IMG/VR virus record: IMGVR_UViG_3300028886_000059
Coordinates: 32,001 to 96,000 of that record
DNA length: 64,000 nt
Source of the DNA: a virus
Taxonomy: Duplodnaviria; Caudoviricetes
Direction: 5' to 3' (one strand)
The translations under genes were made by a program, and so were the position numbers. Positions 19,698 through 28,347 of the stretch are shown in pieces (within the stretch, counting starts at the first letter, position 1; the number at the start of each line of letters is the position of its first letter). Under the pieces are notes generated by a model. The model saw only the letters and a program-made list of their open reading frames with translations. It ran no database searches and was not told the DNA's origin.

Positions 19698-20120
19698 TCA
19701 TTTAAAGTCTGAGGAAAGTTCGGTGTCATACACCAGCCTACCCGCATAGTCACCATCCTCTTCTTCTCCGCTAAGATGTGCTTTCAGCCATTCACAGCAG
19801 CAGCCAGCCCAGCCGATAAGGTAGCAGAACGATTCGGAAGATTCACTGCAAACAGGTTGGTCGATGTATTCAAAGACATCTATACCCAAATGGCCGCACT
19901 CATGTACGATGTTGATAATCCTGATGGCCTTCACGTCGCGGAAGCGGAACAGCACGACGTTATCCTGCCCGTTTTTCGTGACACGGCAGGCCGTCATAGC
20001 AGGGCAGTTCGCCTCCAGCGGTTCACAGTCAAGTTCAAAGAAGCCACGAATGGCATCCGTACCGACACAGGCCATGAGTCGGAACGGATAGAAGTGCTGT
20101 TCAAATTCGTAAATCTTCAT
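19698..20120 (-). CDS. HExxH-motif hypothetical protein
   Basis: IVHECGH...ESFCYLIGW; follows the portal gene. Confidence 0.6.
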   Translation of the reverse strand: MKIYEFEQHFYPFRLMACVGTDAIRGFFELDCEPLEANCPAMTACRVTKNGQDNVVLFRFRDVKAIRIINIVHECGHLGIDVFEYIDQPVCSESSESFCYLIGWAGCCCEWLKAHLSGEEEDGDYAGRLVYDTELSSDFK

Positions 20121-21562
20121 TGTTCAGTCGGTTCATTAGGTTCTGCTGGCTTCGCAAGTTCTGCCTTCCTCTGTGCGTCTGCCACTATCTTCTCAATCTC
20201 CTGCTGCGGTGCATCGGTGATGGCCAGCATCGTAACGGCGGTTTCCAACGATACGAGGCCACGCTGGTACAATGCACCGATGGCAGTCCACTGCGTTTGC
20301 TTATCCTCTGCAAACGGCTCTGCATATTCGCCCTTAATCCTTAATGCGTCGATTTCCGTCGCCATTTCGGGATGCAGCAGCTTCAGCAGCGCAAGTTTCA
20401 GGTTCTTGTCACGGTCAAGCAGCACGTCGTATGTTTCTTTCAGGTTGTCGCGCTTCATGTAGCCAAGCGTCAACGCCCTGCGCAAAGCCTCGCCGCTGAG
20501 TGTTCCAAGCCCCTTCATCTTCTCAAACGAGAAATCAGGCGTGAAGGAGTCATTCAGGATGGAATCATGCAGGTTGTCATGCTCATCCCTGCGCGATGCG
20601 CTGTCTGACGGCGGGTTGACATAGCCGAAACGTGATTTTTCGCCAGTAAGCTGAATCATCCTTCCGACGGTCTCTCCATTCTTGAGGTATTGCAAAACGT
20701 CTGCTGTTGCCTCTGCCAGCGGGTCGGCAAAATAGTTGTTGTTGTCGGCATGTTTGGAATCGTTCATTTCCTCACGGGTGATTCTGCGCTCCGTGCCATC
20801 CCATGACTTATCCTGATTGAAGTAAATCACTGGAATCTTGCCGAGGATGTTGTCATACACAGTGACCTGCCATCCCACGGCAGAACGCTGGCACTGGAAA
20901 TAGTAGTCGGAAGTCCAAATGTCATAGTGCTGCACATGGTTTCCATTTTCCTTCAAGGTATATCCCAGCGCAAAGGCCACCATGTTCTCATACTGGTCAA
21001 TCAGCGGATGCAGCCTGTAGCCCTTTGAATACGCGGCCACGAAATTATGGTATTTCAGCACACCGTTCTCTTGGTACAGCTGATAGACAAGTGCCGATTC
21101 CAGTTCCGAGCCTGCCAGTCGCTTGCACTGCCTCCACTTGGCATGAAAGCGCGTGTCATCCAGCATGTCCTTATACAGCTGGAATGCCCTGTCAGTACCC
21201 TCCTTCTTCTGCCACTTCGGGGGTTTGGCCAGCAGGAAGAAGAGTTCCACCTCATTGATGTACCTCTGACGGGTTCGCGGCAGCTTCTCCGTCTGATAAG
21301 GCTCTTGCCCTTCCCTCCACTTGTTCGGGCGGTTCATTACATCGTGCGTCTGCCAGTTGTATTCACGAATGGCATTCGTCACAGCTAATTCGTGGTCTTG
21401 CATCAGGCTGATAGCATGAGCCACATCGTTCTCAAGAATGTAGGCGTACAGTTCGCGCAATACGCCTGCACTGTTAAGTGTGACACCCCTAAACTGCGTC
21501 AACACCTGTAACTGATAATCGTCCAATATTGGCATAGTTCTTTCCGTTTTATTTGATTGCAA
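20117..21562 (-). CDS. Portal protein (SPP1 gp6-like)
   Basis: 481 aa, GKIPVIYF and LSGEALRR motifs, follows the terminase. Confidence 0.9.
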   Translation of the reverse strand: MQSNKTERTMPILDDYQLQVLTQFRGVTLNSAGVLRELYAYILENDVAHAISLMQDHELAVTNAIREYNWQTHDVMNRPNKWREGQEPYQTEKLPRTRQRYINEVELFFLLAKPPKWQKKEGTDRAFQLYKDMLDDTRFHAKWRQCKRLAGSELESALVYQLYQENGVLKYHNFVAAYSKGYRLHPLIDQYENMVAFALGYTLKENGNHVQHYDIWTSDYYFQCQRSAVGWQVTVYDNILGKIPVIYFNQDKSWDGTERRITREEMNDSKHADNNNYFADPLAEATADVLQYLKNGETVGRMIQLTGEKSRFGYVNPPSDSASRRDEHDNLHDSILNDSFTPDFSFEKMKGLGTLSGEALRRALTLGYMKRDNLKETYDVLLDRDKNLKLALLKLLHPEMATEIDALRIKGEYAEPFAEDKQTQWTAIGALYQRGLVSLETAVTMLAITDAPQQEIEKIVADAQRKAELAKPAEPNEPTEQ

Positions 21563-22904
21563 TCTTACTATTCTTCTTTGTCACCTTTAGATTCTTCACT
21601 ATCTTACCCAGCAGCTTGCCGAGCGTGTAGTAGCGGGCAGCGTCGATGGCGTGATTCCACTTGTCAACGGGAACGTTGATATAGTTTCCATCCTTATCCT
21701 TATCCCAAACGTAGTTGCGCAATTCCTCTTGCAGGTCGATGGAATCTTCCGTAACGAAGATGTCATCATAACTCTGCATCTTGTCAATGCCAGCCACTAT
21801 TGAGCCATTCGGCTTCTGAACTGGATATATCATTATTCCACCAAGGGCGATTTCGTCGATGAGTCGCGGGTCTGCGCTATCGGCGAACACCATCAATCCA
21901 CTATACGGCTTCAAGAACTCGATGATGTCCTTTGACAGCATTCCAGTCCTGTAGCACAGCAGTTTTATATAAAGCCTGTTATCCCATATTCCGCACATCA
22001 CAATGGCCGTTGGGTCATGTGTGTAACCGAAGTCTATTCCGAGCGCAACATGCTTGCACTGCGTCGGGAACTCCTTCACGATACCCCATTTCTTGAACAC
22101 AGCACCTTCCGCAACATCAGCCCATTGGCCGATGACGATGTGCGCATACCTTTCAGGGTCATTGCGCTTCATGGTTTCCACGTTCTCAAGGAACTGCGGG
22201 GATAGGTTCTCTATGTTGTCAAGGTATGTCGTATGGATATGAAGCACGTCGGGATGCGTCGAAATCTGCACTGGCACACCGTCGAAGTATTCAATCCTGT
22301 GCGTGTCCTTTATGTATTTCTGATAGATGAAGTGTCCGCTGTCCGTCGGGTTCATCACGATGATGATGAGGTTCTGAATGCCCAAGGTACGGATGGAAAG
22401 CATGATTTTCTCGAAGTCATCAAACGAAGTCCACTCTTCCGCTTCATCACAGACAAACACCGTCAGGCCGTGGATTGATTTCAGCTTTGCCGTCTGATTG
22501 CCCGATGAGGTCTTGATGCCTCGGAACATGATATGTGAGCCAGTCTGCTTGTTGATGACATCCTTCTTTGTGGCACGGAAATACTTCTGCGTACCCTCCA
22601 TCTCTATCTTCTCCAAAAATTCGGGGATGACAGAAATATCGGCTGATACCATCGTATAGCGGGCGCAAAGAATCTGATGTGCAAGCAATTTCGCATCATC
22701 GCGGGGGCTCGGCACGGCTTCAAAGGTCAGGCGTTCCAAGAAGGTTTCGACATTGAAAGACTTACCGCTTCCACGGCCTCCAGTGACAAGCACAATCATC
22801 TTTCTGCCGTTGTTCAGATAGAGAGGATGGTAAACAGGCTGCACCTTGATACCCTTGCGCACCTGCCCTCGTAAAACCTTCCGTCTATCTGCTACCCTTG
22901 TCAT
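21549..22904 (-). CDS. terL: Terminase large subunit (PBSX family)
   Basis: Walker A GGRGSGKS, Walker B VCDEAEE, GIDFGY, NHAIDAARY. Confidence 0.95.
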   Translation of the reverse strand: MTRVADRRKVLRGQVRKGIKVQPVYHPLYLNNGRKMIVLVTGGRGSGKSFNVETFLERLTFEAVPSPRDDAKLLAHQILCARYTMVSADISVIPEFLEKIEMEGTQKYFRATKKDVINKQTGSHIMFRGIKTSSGNQTAKLKSIHGLTVFVCDEAEEWTSFDDFEKIMLSIRTLGIQNLIIIVMNPTDSGHFIYQKYIKDTHRIEYFDGVPVQISTHPDVLHIHTTYLDNIENLSPQFLENVETMKRNDPERYAHIVIGQWADVAEGAVFKKWGIVKEFPTQCKHVALGIDFGYTHDPTAIVMCGIWDNRLYIKLLCYRTGMLSKDIIEFLKPYSGLMVFADSADPRLIDEIALGGIMIYPVQKPNGSIVAGIDKMQSYDDIFVTEDSIDLQEELRNYVWDKDKDGNYINVPVDKWNHAIDAARYYTLGKLLGKIVKNLKVTKKNSKIAIK

Positions 22905-23632
22905 TCTTCGCTTTCAGTCGTTATGTCATTTTCTACATTCTTCCAGTCATCCGTCATTTCCGCATCTATCCAGTGAGATACAGGTATGCCCTGCTTGACG
23001 TTCTGCGGCAATTCTTCATCATCCTCGATTCCGCGCTGGATTTTCCTCCAGTTCGGGTCATGGTGAAACAGAAACGTCGATAGTGCCTGAATGTTCGGTG
23101 CAAGTTCCGATTCCGTCTCTTGAACTACGGCCTTATCCGTCAGTACAACGATGCCAGTACCACCACAATCGGGGCATTTAGGGTCGTTTCCGTTACAGAT
23201 ACAACGCGCCTGCACATACCTTGTTGTAACCGACTTAATCTTCCTTCCACCGATGGCCGCACGGTAGTATGCAGCCCTTGCAACACCGATGGCCTTTTCC
23301 CGCGCACGGGCTAAGACGTGTGCGATGTGAGCGGAGCGCACGGCGTTTTCTGATGCTGTCCACCTGTTGTAGTTTCCGTTTTTCATGTGGCTGAACACCT
23401 CGCGTGAAATGTCGAGTTGTGCCGCAATCTCGGTGTCGGTCATCCCCTGTCCTGCAAGCTGGTCAATCTTCTTGAAAAAGATACCTTCGGGGTCATCGTA
23501 GTCGTATTTGGCTTTGGAGTCGGGAACCTTGACGAGCGGCGCAGATGTCTTGCGTCGCTTTGTAGCGGCCTTTTTCACCGTTTTCTTTTTCGGCTTGGCT
23601 GCTGCTTCGGTCTTTTTCTTCCTTTCTGCCAT
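22901..23632 (-). CDS. terS: Terminase small subunit (with Zn-ribbon insertion)
   Basis: G.TDTEIAAQL HTH, LAPNIQAL..L...PNWR, directly upstream of terL. Confidence 0.75.
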   Translation of the reverse strand: MAERKKKTEAAAKPKKKTVKKAATKRRKTSAPLVKVPDSKAKYDYDDPEGIFFKKIDQLAGQGMTDTEIAAQLDISREVFSHMKNGNYNRWTASENAVRSAHIAHVLARAREKAIGVARAAYYRAAIGGRKIKSVTTRYVQARCICNGNDPKCPDCGGTGIVVLTDKAVVQETESELAPNIQALSTFLFHHDPNWRKIQRGIEDDEELPQNVKQGIPVSHWIDAEMTDDWKNVENDITTESEE

Positions 23633-23638
23633 GATGCT

Positions 23639-24481
23639 TTACTCCAGTATGTCAATTTTATCCATGAGTTCGCGCCCGTCCACGAATTTGCTATTGGGGT
23701 CGAATCCCAGCTGAATGAGTGCGCCCTGTGTCTCTTGGGGGTTGGGGAACGATACGATGAAATACGACAACATGCCGCCGTCGTTGTTGGTGTCGGACTT
23801 CTTGTTTATGCGGTCTTTGATTTTCTGCACTTCGTTGTGACGCGCAATCTGATTCTCGGCACTGTCGGCCATGAAATCTACGCTGCGGTCAAGTTTCGTG
23901 TTCTCCTCGCTTCCGTGGGTGTTCGCATCAACCTGTGCAAGATGCTCGCTATCCTGTGTCAGATTACCCTTTCGCCAGTCGTTAGCGGGGTCTGTCTCTT
24001 CGGGTATGTCGGTGATGTTCCGAAATTCCTCATCGTCAATGGGTGTTATACCCAGCATGTCGAGGTCGAAGTCGTTGAAGCCTGCGGCCTTGTGGTCTAT
24101 CTTTGCCAGCACGTCACGTAACAGGTCATCGTCGAAGTCGCCCTGTACGGCCTTGTTGTTCAAGAACATGTTCTGTTCCATCTCCTCCTTTTCTGACAGA
24201 TGAACCACCTCCACGCGGATTTCATAGTCGTTTTCATGCGTTTCAGAATTGTATTTGTTCACCTCGTCGATGATTGACACCTTCTGATGACCGCCAACAA
24301 GATTTCCGCTTTCCTCATTCCACACGATACCGCCCATAAGCCCCAGCCGCTTCAAGTTGGCCTTTAGCTGCTTTCGGGCTTCTTCCGAAATCTTGCGGGG
24401 ATTGTATGATGCAAAGTTTATCTGACTTCTCAGGATTACCCTGCATTCAGCTTGTGCGATTTTACTTTTCTTCACTGCCAT
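23639..24481 (-). CDS. ParB/Srx-like N-terminal domain protein
   Basis: YNPRKI...IVWN...NLVGGHQK motif. Confidence 0.85.
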   Translation of the reverse strand: MAVKKSKIAQAECRVILRSQINFASYNPRKISEEARKQLKANLKRLGLMGGIVWNEESGNLVGGHQKVSIIDEVNKYNSETHENDYEIRVEVVHLSEKEEMEQNMFLNNKAVQGDFDDDLLRDVLAKIDHKAAGFNDFDLDMLGITPIDDEEFRNITDIPEETDPANDWRKGNLTQDSEHLAQVDANTHGSEENTKLDRSVDFMADSAENQIARHNEVQKIKDRINKKSDTNNDGGMLSYFIVSFPNPQETQGALIQLGFDPNSKFVDGRELMDKIDILE

Positions 24482-24484
24482 AAC

Positions 24485-25261
24485 TTACTCCTCCTCCAGT
24501 TCTATGTCATCCGACTGCAAGTTTTCGGGCATTTCCGTCTTGGTGGTTATGCCGTGCTCGTAGTCGAAAATCAGTTTTTCGCAATATGGGAACTCCTGCA
24601 AGCACCTTTGATAGTCACGCGGGTAGTTCTTTCTAAGAAACAGCAGATGGTCGAGGTCTATAGCCAAACCCTGCGACACATTGCCCTTCACGTATTCCAG
24701 CGGCCTAATCAGAGACTTCGCCTTGATGTACTGCAACACCTCGCCGTTAGTCCACACGGCCAGCGGGTAAACCATGCCCTTCTTGGTCATGTATGTACCG
24801 TTCTGCTTCTTGAACATCAGCAGACGCATACGCTTCATGTAGCCATCCACGCCCTTCATGCCGCTAAAGGCATAGGGTACGCCAGTTTCCTGCCTTACCT
24901 GTTCCTCGATTTCGCCGATGGAGCGCATACGCAGGTGGTTCGGGTCTTTCTTCGGCAGCAGATAGCGGGGGTCGGGGTCGCAGAAGAATCCTCCTGCCTT
25001 GAATGCGTCATGCTGAAAATGCAGGATTTTCCGTACTTCGACATTCTTGTAATGCTTCTCAGCCCAATCAATGTAAGGCTGCACATGGTCGCAGTTGTTC
25101 ACAAGGTACATGTAATAGCAGATGACCTTCGGGAATGTCGTTGCCAGCATCTCCAGCAGGGCGATGCCGTCTTTGCCACCAGCCGAATAGAATAGTACGG
25201 CAGTGTCGGTCTTTTCGCGGATGCCCTTGATGATGGCCATTGTCTCTGAATACTTGCTCAT
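24485..25261 (-). CDS. PAPS-reductase-like PP-loop protein
   Basis: VLFYSAGGKDG PP-loop, GMK..DG..KR, YPLAVWT. Confidence 0.85.
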   Translation of the reverse strand: MSKYSETMAIIKGIREKTDTAVLFYSAGGKDGIALLEMLATTFPKVICYYMYLVNNCDHVQPYIDWAEKHYKNVEVRKILHFQHDAFKAGGFFCDPDPRYLLPKKDPNHLRMRSIGEIEEQVRQETGVPYAFSGMKGVDGYMKRMRLLMFKKQNGTYMTKKGMVYPLAVWTNGEVLQYIKAKSLIRPLEYVKGNVSQGLAIDLDHLLFLRKNYPRDYQRCLQEFPYCEKLIFDYEHGITTKTEMPENLQSDDIELEEE

Positions 25262-25282
25262 AGTTCCGTTTATGTAATTTTT

Positions 25283-25951
25283 TTAGTTTGAGCCGCCCAA
25301 AGCTGTACGCAAGGCAGCTGCTATCGTATTTCCGCTACCTCGGCGCAATACCCTTTCGCGGTCACTCATCATCCTATCCCAATCATCGTATGTCTTAACC
25401 CTGTCAAGGTTGATTTCCCTGCTTGGGCTATAGCTTCGCATCATTGCCGACAATCCTTTTGGAAGGGTCATGGCAACGACGGGGAGGCGTGTGCGGCCAT
25501 CCCAATCAGACGGTGCTAAATCGTCATCCCATTCTACTTTTCCGATGGCTTTAGCACCATATTTCGCATACATATTCTGTAATCCACCACCATAGCAATC
25601 CAGCTTTCGGCCACCCCTTGCAGAAGCGAATGCCATGATGTTGGGCATCCTTCCGCGTGTCCTGCTGAATACGGCCTCCACATTGCCGTCGCTTGTTATG
25701 GCGAGTCCTGTCTTGTGGTCTTTAGAAAGGTAATAAGCCGTGCCACTGTTACGGTTATTCCTGAACTGTTTCTTTGTATGGGTGTCAACCATCCAGCCGT
25801 GCCTGTTTTTCTTCTTGGCATAGTTGATGGCATTCTTGAAAGCCTTTGGCGTTGCACGTTCAAATTCTACATGAGAATGACGAATACCCTTTCTTGTCAG
25901 GGCATTCTCGACGCGCTTGTTTGCTTTTTCAATATCGCTTATGTACCTGAC
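25283..25951 (-). CDS. GNAT-like protein of the polyvalent-protein type, proposed GTC start
   Basis: Frame open 53 codons upstream of ATG 25792, back to GTC at 25951 directly after an in-frame TGA; GGRKLDCY...MYAKYG...W...AP.DW motif. Confidence 0.65.
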   Translation of the reverse strand, partial: VRYISDIEKANKRVENALTRKGIRHSHVEFERATPKAFKNAINYAKKKNRHGWMVDTHTKKQFRNNRNSGTAYYLSKDHKTGLAITSDGNVEAVFSRTRGRMPNIMAFASARGGRKLDCYGGGLQNMYAKYGAKAIGKVEWDDDLAPSDWDGRTRLPVVAMTLPKGLSAMMRSYSPSREINLDRVKTYDDWDRMMSDRERVLRRGSGNTIAAALRTALGGSN

Positions 25952-25964
25952 TCAGCCGTTCCGT

Positions 25965-26162
25965 TTACATTGTCAAAATATCAGCCATCAATTCAGGGCT
26001 GCTATAATCCATGTCACTATCCAGCGAATCATCGCTGGGGCTGTCTGCCAGTTTTCTTGCCTCATCCTCTGTCAGGTAAGGCTTTCCATTCTCCTTGATT
26101 TTGCAGAGCTCCTCAAAAAGACGCTGGCGATATTCAGCAATCTGTTCTTTCGTATGCTTCAT
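25965..26162 (-). CDS. Small acidic hypothetical protein
   Basis: 65 aa with its own promoter at 26182-26213. Confidence 0.55.
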   Translation of the reverse strand: MKHTKEQIAEYRQRLFEELCKIKENGKPYLTEDEARKLADSPSDDSLDSDMDYSSPELMADILTM

Positions 26163-26181
26163 TGTTGTTCAATTAATAGTG

Positions 26182-26213
26182 CAAAGATAAAGCAAATAAA
26201 TTGATTTACCAAA
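26182..26213 (-). promoter_or_regulatory. Early-type promoter with TAAAGCAAATAA box
   Basis: TTTG-N20-TATCTTTG. Confidence 0.7.
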
Positions 26214-26329
26214 TATTTTTCGTTATTTTTTGTTGCATATTACTTTATTTAACTCTTCCGCTAAATCAGAATGGCCACCACCATCATTTTGCTGACGGCG
26301 ATGGCCATGAGGTCGGCTCAAGGCAACCT

Positions 26330-26584
26330 TTAGCCCTCAGAGCCTGCGGCAGCACGAAGGGCGGCGGAGCGCAAGGCTGCACCACGAACACCACGCGCCC
26401 GCATAGCGGCTACGTTCTGACGTGCTTGTCGGGCGAATGCCACACGAAGGTCTTGACGACGCTGTTCACGGTTTCCCCAACCTGCACGGCCAGCCGCATA
26501 ACGGCCACCATTTGCCAGTCGGCGACTACCTGCACCGTTCACGTTTGACGTGATACCAGTGATTCGATTGATTCTGTTTCTGAC
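26330..26584 (-). CDS. Small Arg/Ala/Gly-rich basic protein, proposed GTC start
   Basis: Frame opens at GTC 26584 directly after an in-frame TGA: VRNRINRITGITSNVNGAGSRR...AALRAAAGSEG (84 aa). Confidence 0.65.
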   Translation of the reverse strand, partial: VRNRINRITGITSNVNGAGSRRLANGGRYAAGRAGWGNREQRRQDLRVAFARQARQNVAAMRARGVRGAALRSAALRAAAGSEG

Positions 26585-26617
26585 TCAGCATTCAAATTAA
26601 AGGGTTCGACATTATTG

Positions 26618-27028
26618 TTAGTTGTCTGAATGGGCATCCTGTTCCTCGTCGAAGATTTCACAGTTCTCTTTCTGCATGACTTCGCCGAGTTCATACTGCA
26701 TTTGCGTAACATAGTAGGTCTCGCCGTTATCCACGAAGGTAAGCGGCTCGCCAGTCTTTTCGTCATCCATCTGAACGACCTTAATCCCAACGACCTGCAC
26801 CAGCAGACGGGGGGCATTCTTCTGACGGCCATTGATAAGCTGCAAGGCATCGTAGCCCACAACCTCGACATCGCTTGTGCCGTCGCCGTTGTCCTTTTCC
26901 ACCAAATACTGCTTGGCGTTACGCGGGTAAACAAAGCGGTGCTCGACCTTTTGCTCACCCTTCAAGATTTTCTTGAAACTGTCGCGCTTGATTTGTAGCG
27001 TCAGTACATCTAATCCTTCTAAATTCAT
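26618..27028 (-). CDS. ASCH (PUA-like) domain protein
   Basis: LTLQIK...F..IL.G.QK.EHR motif. Confidence 0.8.
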   Translation of the reverse strand: MNLEGLDVLTLQIKRDSFKKILKGEQKVEHRFVYPRNAKQYLVEKDNGDGTSDVEVVGYDALQLINGRQKNAPRLLVQVVGIKVVQMDDEKTGEPLTFVDNGETYYVTQMQYELGEVMQKENCEIFDEEQDAHSDN

Positions 27029-27061
27029 TTCAATTCCGATTTAATTGTTACTATAATTTTG

Positions 27062-27134
27062 TTGCGGGAGCAGGGCTCGAACCTGCGACCTCCAGTAAGT
27101 CAAACTGTTAAGCTACCAACTGCTCCATCCCGCG
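27062..27134 (-). tRNA. Initiator-type (fMet-like body) tRNA with anticodon GAC
   Basis: CGCGGGA-TG-GAGC-AGTTGGTA-GCTT-A-ACAGT-TTGACTT-ACTGG-AGGTC-GCAGG-TTCGAGC-CCTGC-TCCCGCA-A; C1xA72 mismatch, A11-U24, A73. Confidence 0.85.
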
Positions 27135-27142
27135 ATTTTCGG

Positions 27143-27214
27143 CAAAGTTACACATATTACTATTGTCATGTGAATCTATACCTACATTATGTTTCACCAA
27201 TTTATATTAGTGAA
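27143..27214 (-). promoter_or_regulatory. Putative late promoter directly upstream of the GAC tRNA
   Basis: -7 TAACTTTG at 27143-27150; TTTCACCA-N9-AGTGAA at 27192-27214. Confidence 0.7.
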
Positions 27215-27293
27215 AGAATCGCGGTGTTTTGCAGCTATTTCACTTCCATCTATTCAATCATTTTGCTTTATATTTCACCCAGCGGGCGCATTT

Positions 27294-27406
27294 ATATTCG
27301 CCTTTCTTTATCCTGTCGGCATCAGGTCTAAACGGTTTTGTCTTTGCAAAGGTACAAAATAATATTGAAACTACCAAACTTTTTTGCAGAAAAATAAAGC
27401 AAATAA
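27294..27406 (-). promoter_or_regulatory. Early-type promoter and leader followed by only a 7-codon ORF
   Basis: TTTG-N20-TACCTTTG, TAAAGCAAATAA box, degenerate leader motif. Confidence 0.6.
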
Positions 27407-27413
27407 ATTTATT

Positions 27414-28346
27414 TTACCATTCCGCAAAGATGTTATGACTGGCATTCACGACTTGCACGGAGTACTGAACACGGCCATCCACCTTGTTTCTGATGCTGTC
27501 TTTCCAGTATATCCTCGACTTCGGGGCTTTCGCTGCCACAATCTCCTGCACGTCATTGACGAACTTCACTATGCCGTCAAGCGTGATTGGCTTCTTGTTG
27601 TGCTTCTTGCCGCTTTCCAGCCCTATCTTATAGACATCGCAGAATCCCAATGTGGCCTTTATCATCTCCAGCGAATCATCCAAGTCTATCACAGGCTCGA
27701 TGCTGGCAAAGGTATGAACGCCGTATTCTTTGACCTTCGCCATCGCTTCCACACGCTGCATGTTCGTTGACGCATTCGGCTCAAGGTCATCCCTGCCTGT
27801 CAGCGTGAAACCGACGCACAGGTTCTTACCGCCATTGACCAGCAGACGATGCCCACCGATTCCGTACACCCACTCCGAGCGTTTCGTCAGCATGGTAACT
27901 GGCACTGGAGGCAAATCGTTTCTTCTGCTTCCATCCTCGTTACACCCCAATGCGATATAGGCACACCGCATGAATGTATAGAAGGTATCGACTGGCTGCT
28001 GTAGGCACGGGTCGCTGCTGAACGTAAAGAAGATGCCACGGCCATCTGCCATGATTCTTCCCCTGTACTTATCCAGTTCCTTCTCAAATACCTGCACGGC
28101 CTTGTTACATCCTACGATGAATGCGAGTTTTCTTGAAGCGTCGCAGTCATTCTTGAACTTGACATCCTTTGCCGTCAGCTGAAACTCCTTTTTCAGTTGC
28201 GGGATTTTCTGACCCATTCCGTGACCTAACACGCCTTTCTTGCAGTAGCAATACTCACAGTCGTTTGAACACCCGACAAAGATATTTGCCGCCCAAGGAG
28301 CGTATTCGCGGGCTTTTCCCGCTGGCTGATACACAATTTTTCCCAT
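27414..28346 (-). CDS. Radical SAM protein
   Basis: CSNDCEYCYC (CxxxCxxC), SSDP, LTK, ASIEPVI. Confidence 0.85.
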   Translation of the reverse strand: MGKIVYQPAGKAREYAPWAANIFVGCSNDCEYCYCKKGVLGHGMGQKIPQLKKEFQLTAKDVKFKNDCDASRKLAFIVGCNKAVQVFEKELDKYRGRIMADGRGIFFTFSSDPCLQQPVDTFYTFMRCAYIALGCNEDGSRRNDLPPVPVTMLTKRSEWVYGIGGHRLLVNGGKNLCVGFTLTGRDDLEPNASTNMQRVEAMAKVKEYGVHTFASIEPVIDLDDSLEMIKATLGFCDVYKIGLESGKKHNKKPITLDGIVKFVNDVQEIVAAKAPKSRIYWKDSIRNKVDGRVQYSVQVVNASHNIFAEW

Positions 28347-28347
28347 A

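Noticed and set aside
26518-26591. ATG at 26591 as the start of the Arg-rich gene, with a +1 frameshift
   Set aside because: It is out of frame and ends after about 21 codons. The sister site at 25951 has the same motif with no usable ATG, so GTC initiation explains both. A frameshift is not strictly excluded.
27062-27134. Ordinary elongator tRNA-Val or pseudo-tRNA-Met
   Set aside because: C1xA72 and A11-U24 are initiator features that disfavour EF-Tu use, and the loop matches both downstream start motifs.
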